NCBI GenBank assembly: GCA_046758365.1
Contig: JBHIAC010000013.1
Location: 1 to 39,451, forward strand
Reading direction: 5' to 3'
Source of the DNA: a bacterium
GTDB taxonomy: Bacteria > Zhuqueibacterota > Zhuqueibacteria > Oceanimicrobiales > Oceanimicrobiaceae
DNA: 39,451 bases
This document shows, piece after piece, positions 35,850-39,451 of the stretch (positions are counted from its first letter, which is position 1; the number at the start of each line of letters is the position of its first letter). A program made the translations under genes and the position numbers. A model generated the notes under the pieces. That model was not told the origin of the DNA, ran no database searches, and was given only the letters and a program-made list of their open reading frames with translations.

Positions 35850-36959
35850 CTACTCTTCAGAGTGTTTCCCATTTGCTTGAGTTAACCTAAGTTCTTCAAT
35901 TTCAATATTTAACTTGTGAAGTTGTTTTTTAATTTCCGAAAATTTTTCAAGTGGACCATTTATTTCCTTAGAAAAGTCACAATACTTTTCAAGTTCAATG
36001 GCCTCTTTACAAAGCCTTTGGGTTTCGAGGTAATTTCCAAGATGGTAATGACATTTGGCTATCTGATAGAGACACTCTATTTGATAGCTTATACTCTGAT
36101 ATTTGGCGGCTTTTAATAGATTACAAAGAGTCTCAAAAGCTTGCTTAGACTCACTCCATCTCTGTAAAGCTTGGAAAATTCTACCTCGCTTGTATAAGAG
36201 TGAAGGATTCCTGGGATATATTTCATAAAGTCGATCGCTTATCTCCAAGGCTTTCTCATACTCGCCCTCATTATAATAAACCGTCGAAAGTCCATACATT
36301 CCATCGACATTGAGAAAGCGACCTTTTTCAGCAGCTAACTTAATTTGCTCAATACCTTCACGTCTTTGATCTTTGGAAAAAGATAAAATGCGTAGAAATT
36401 TAGCCTTTGCCCCAAGCCAGTATTTGTAAAGACCTAGTCCATAATAAGCGTCATAAAATTTAGGGCTGTATGCAACGGCTTTTTTAAAATTGTTTAGTAC
36501 TTTGGAACCATCTTTAAAGGCGGCCAACCATCTACCACGTTGCGCATTAAAAATACTCCGGGAACCGTAAGCACAACCTAAAAAAAAATAATTTTCACCA
36601 TCTTTTTTATTCTTCTTTATAGCTTTTTCAGACAAATAAATGGACAAATCAAGCAAGCTGTCGAATTGAACTTCAAAATTTCTAATCCGGTAGTTTCGCA
36701 TGAGCGTTTGATAGGTAGCCAATAAACTAAACACCCCAGCCGGTTGCTCTGGGTATAATTCACGAATCTTTGTGGCCAATTGAATGGCTTCCTCATATTC
36801 CTCATTGTGGTATTTATCTAAGGTTCTTTCAAAAAGAACGTAAAAGTTGTTGTTTTGTTCGGCTTCCTGTGCGATAGCTTTATTCAGTAGCAAAAACAAA
36901 AAATAACCTGCGGCAGTAACTATAATAGCAGTAGCGGTATATCTCCTATTTAGCGTCAT
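35850..36959 (-). CDS. Exported tetratricopeptide-repeat protein
   Basis: Signal peptide ending AIA-Q, multiple TPRs (DAYYGLGLY, LYKRGRIF, LYQIAKCHYHLGNY) and an AGGAGG RBS. Confidence 0.85.
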   Translation of the reverse strand: MTLNRRYTATAIIVTAAGYFLFLLLNKAIAQEAEQNNNFYVLFERTLDKYHNEEYEEAIQLATKIRELYPEQPAGVFSLLATYQTLMRNYRIRNFEVQFDSLLDLSIYLSEKAIKKNKKDGENYFFLGCAYGSRSIFNAQRGRWLAAFKDGSKVLNNFKKAVAYSPKFYDAYYGLGLYKYWLGAKAKFLRILSFSKDQRREGIEQIKLAAEKGRFLNVDGMYGLSTVYYNEGEYEKALEISDRLYEIYPRNPSLLYKRGRIFQALQRWSESKQAFETLCNLLKAAKYQSISYQIECLYQIAKCHYHLGNYLETQRLCKEAIELEKYCDFSKEINGPLEKFSEIKKQLHKLNIEIEELRLTQANGKHSEE

Positions 36960-37047
36960 TGATCACCCTCCTTGTAAAATAGGGTTAAGTAAGAAGATTG
37001 TTCAAAAATCAAAAATTAAGGAAGGAAGTGCTTGGTGAAGCATTTCC

Positions 37048-37076
37048 AATATAATAACAAAAAAGTCATTTTGCAA
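37048..37076 (-). promoter_or_regulatory. Putative sigma-70 promoter of the TPR gene
   Basis: TTGCAA (37076-37071), 17-nt spacer, TATATT (37053-37048). Confidence 0.5.
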
Positions 37077-37254
37077 GAAATATTTTGCAAATTCGCAATT
37101 TTTACGAGAAATTCTGCTTTTTGTACAGTGACACATGAGCATCCTCTTGGGCATAACTTTGCTCCAAGTTTTTACTTGACAATCAGATTACTATTTTTCA
37201 TATTGTATTAAAATTTGGTCTCGGCCATTCAAGATAAATTCAATCAAATCCTGT

Positions 37255-38502
37255 ATGAATTCAAAAGCATTTTACAATTCACAACTTGGCATCATTTTTT
37301 TAGTGATATTTATTGATCTCATCGGTTTCGGAATAGTCATACCATTACTGCCTTTGTACGCAGACAAATATGGTGCCTCTCCTTTTATTATCGGTCTTTT
37401 AGCGATTTCCTTTTCTGGAATGCAATTTTTATTTAACCCAGTTTGGGGGCGCATTTCAGATCATGTCGGACGTAGACCTATTATTTTAATCAGCGTTACA
37501 GGCTCTGTGGTTTCTTATGCTCTATTTGGCTGGGCCCCTACATTGGTTTGGCTTTTTATCTCTAGATTAGCAGCGGGCTTTTTCGGAGCCAACATTGCCA
37601 CGGCTATGGCCTATATTGCCGATATAACCACACCCGAAAATCGTTCTAAAGGTATGGGTTTGATAGGCGCTGCTTTTGGACTTGGTTTTATTTTTGGTCC
37701 AGCGCTCGGTGGCTTCCTGGGTCAATATAGTTACTCACTCGCAGGATACGGAGCCGCAGTGCTTTCCTTCCTGGCGCTTATGTTGGCTATGGTTAGACTG
37801 CCAGAATCGCGTTACCCAGCTAAAAATGCCGTAATCAACTTACCTAATCAAAAGGTTTCTTTATTAGCTTACTTTAAACCGATAGGCCAAGTTATCCGAA
37901 AACCTGAAGTAGCACAGCCATTGATTGTATATTTTTTAGTTGTATTAGCTATCTCTAATATGCAGATGACCTTTCCTCTATTTACGAAAACGGTATTCCA
38001 GTTTGATGTAAGAGAGAACGGATATCTGTTTGCGTACGTAGGGATATTAGCGGCAATACTTCAAGGAGGTATGATTGGTAATTTATCCCAAAAATTCGGT
38101 GATGGTCCGTTGGCGATATTTGGCACCGGTATGATTATGGTAGGACTGGTTTTTATTCCGTTCGCAAAAACATGGCCCTTTCTCTTGATTGTATTATCTA
38201 TTTTGGCCATTGGAACAGGATTGAATACGCCTACATTAATAAGCCTCGTTTCCATTTCCACCGATGAATCCCAACAGGGTGAGATTCTAGGGGTAAATCG
38301 TTCAGTTTCTAGTTTAGCTAGAATTATAGGACCTCTGTGGGGTGGATGGACCTACGGCGCTTTGGGAATTAACTGGCCTTACTGGACCGCAGGTGTGATT
38401 CTATTTTTTGCAATTATACTGGGACTCCCACTTTGGCGATTTAGGCCATCTAATCTAAATAAAACTGCTGGGGTTGAAGAATTACAAAAACAATCTGGAT
38501 GA
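37255..38502 (+). CDS. MFS transporter, DHA1/TetA-like drug:H+ antiporter
   Basis: Motif A GRISDHVGRR, AYIADIT, motif C GFIFGPALGG and about 12 TM segments. Confidence 0.93.
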   Translation: MNSKAFYNSQLGIIFLVIFIDLIGFGIVIPLLPLYADKYGASPFIIGLLAISFSGMQFLFNPVWGRISDHVGRRPIILISVTGSVVSYALFGWAPTLVWLFISRLAAGFFGANIATAMAYIADITTPENRSKGMGLIGAAFGLGFIFGPALGGFLGQYSYSLAGYGAAVLSFLALMLAMVRLPESRYPAKNAVINLPNQKVSLLAYFKPIGQVIRKPEVAQPLIVYFLVVLAISNMQMTFPLFTKTVFQFDVRENGYLFAYVGILAAILQGGMIGNLSQKFGDGPLAIFGTGMIMVGLVFIPFAKTWPFLLIVLSILAIGTGLNTPTLISLVSISTDESQQGEILGVNRSVSSLARIIGPLWGGWTYGALGINWPYWTAGVILFFAIILGLPLWRFRPSNLNKTAGVEELQKQSG

Positions 38503-38647
38503 GCTTTATTTTAAAAAGATCTCAGACTTAAAGCTCACACCAGTCTGTCGTCCTTAAAATTTAAAATCCAGTTTGTCTTATTAATCCTGTCACATAAGGG
38601 TTTGCACAAGGTAGTTTTACATTGATTTACAGGATTTGTTCAAATCA

Positions 38648-39451
38648 CTAATTAGTTACTCTACTAATATCAGCTCTCTGATTTCTGGCCACATAGCCCA
38701 TGCCTTCATGTAAAACTCGTGCTGCAAGAATGGCCGTCTGATCATTCAGATCCAAATCCGGATTGACTTCCACAACGTCCATACCAACCAATTTCCAATG
38801 GGCATTGTGAATCAAATTTAGTACTTGCCGCGAAGTTAGGCCCCCGGGCACTGGATGCGAAACCCCAGGCGCAAAAGCCGGGTCAAAGCCATCAACATCC
38901 ACGGTAAGATAAACAAATGCGCCTTTGGGAATATGGGGTATAGAAGGAATTTCGTCAGTCAAAGTATGTGCCAAGTACAGATGTATGCGGTCCTGAAAAC
39001 GCTCCACTTGTTGCGATTGCGCTGGGTTAAGTGTACGGATGCCAAGTTGGGTAAGCGAGGCAATGTGATTCATCTCAAGGATACGAGCAGCCGTGCAGGC
39101 ATGAGAATGGCGGTTGCCTTCAAATTCCCAATATAGATCAGGATGCGCATCAATTTGCACGATATGGATCGGCTCTTTTAGAATATTCAGGGCCTCTATA
39201 ACCGGCACAGACACGGCATGATCACCGCCAGCAAAGAATGGAATTTTTTCAGCATTAAAAAGCTTTTCAGCAAAATTACGATAGAATGGTTCTGTTAATT
39301 CCCAGGTACTTTTTGGCTGCAAGTCGCCGAGATCAGCAACGGTGCCAGTAAGGTCAATACCAGATTCAGTGGTGGCGTTATAGCAATGACCATCATAAGC
39401 ATTACGGATACGCTTTGGCCCAAGAGCACACCCGCGGTGGTAGGATGATTG
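38648..39451 (-). CDS. Agmatinase/arginase (ureohydrolase) family protein, 5'-partial
   Basis: The frame stays open beyond the track's 39322 start to the window edge (QSSYHRGCALGPKRIR...DLGD). GGDH, DAHPD, DVDGFDP..APG and DVVEVNP motifs. Confidence 0.93.
   Translation of the reverse strand, partial: QSSYHRGCALGPKRIRNAYDGHCYNATTESGIDLTGTVADLGDLQPKSTWELTEPFYRNFAEKLFNAEKIPFFAGGDHAVSVPVIEALNILKEPIHIVQIDAHPDLYWEFEGNRHSHACTAARILEMNHIASLTQLGIRTLNPAQSQQVERFQDRIHLYLAHTLTDEIPSIPHIPKGAFVYLTVDVDGFDPAFAPGVSHPVPGGLTSRQVLNLIHNAHWKLVGMDVVEVNPDLDLNDQTAILAARVLHEGMGYVARNQRADISRVTN

Overview
AT-rich bacterial chromosomal window. The gene content (MIGKTISHYKI-type Ser/Thr kinase, PEGA, CsgG/TPR and FG-GAP secreted proteins, metallo-Omp85) suggests a diderm of the KSB1/Calditrichota/FCB type, which is an inference. 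About 30 CDSs: a minus-strand kinase-PEGA / 2x CsgG-TPR / FG-GAP cluster (its last, >737-aa gene runs off the left edge and is absent from the ORF track), housekeeping and accessory genes (Ada-like methyltransferase, DUF302, adenosine deaminase, EamA, aat, rpiA, metH, acetamidase, SDR, AIR-synthase-like), a peptidase-propeller-Omp85 / BamB-like / PEGA operon, an MFS transporter and an agmatinase-family gene running off the right edge. Best candidate for an undescribed system (22670-28103, minus strand): a small exported Pro-rich peptide gene, a ~10-TM receptor-like gene and a degenerate NtrC-type AAA+/Fis regulator, lying downstream of an S41 protease and a diguanylate cyclase. The peptide gene is bracketed by a perfect 16-bp inverted repeat linking the predicted transcript 5' end to the start region of the membrane gene. 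A 369-bp, four-layer nested set of MITE/REP elements with an intact IS231-like TIR pair and 12-bp target duplication lies at 12339-12707. No rRNA, tRNA, CRISPR array or transposase gene was seen. All calls are by eye, without database searches.
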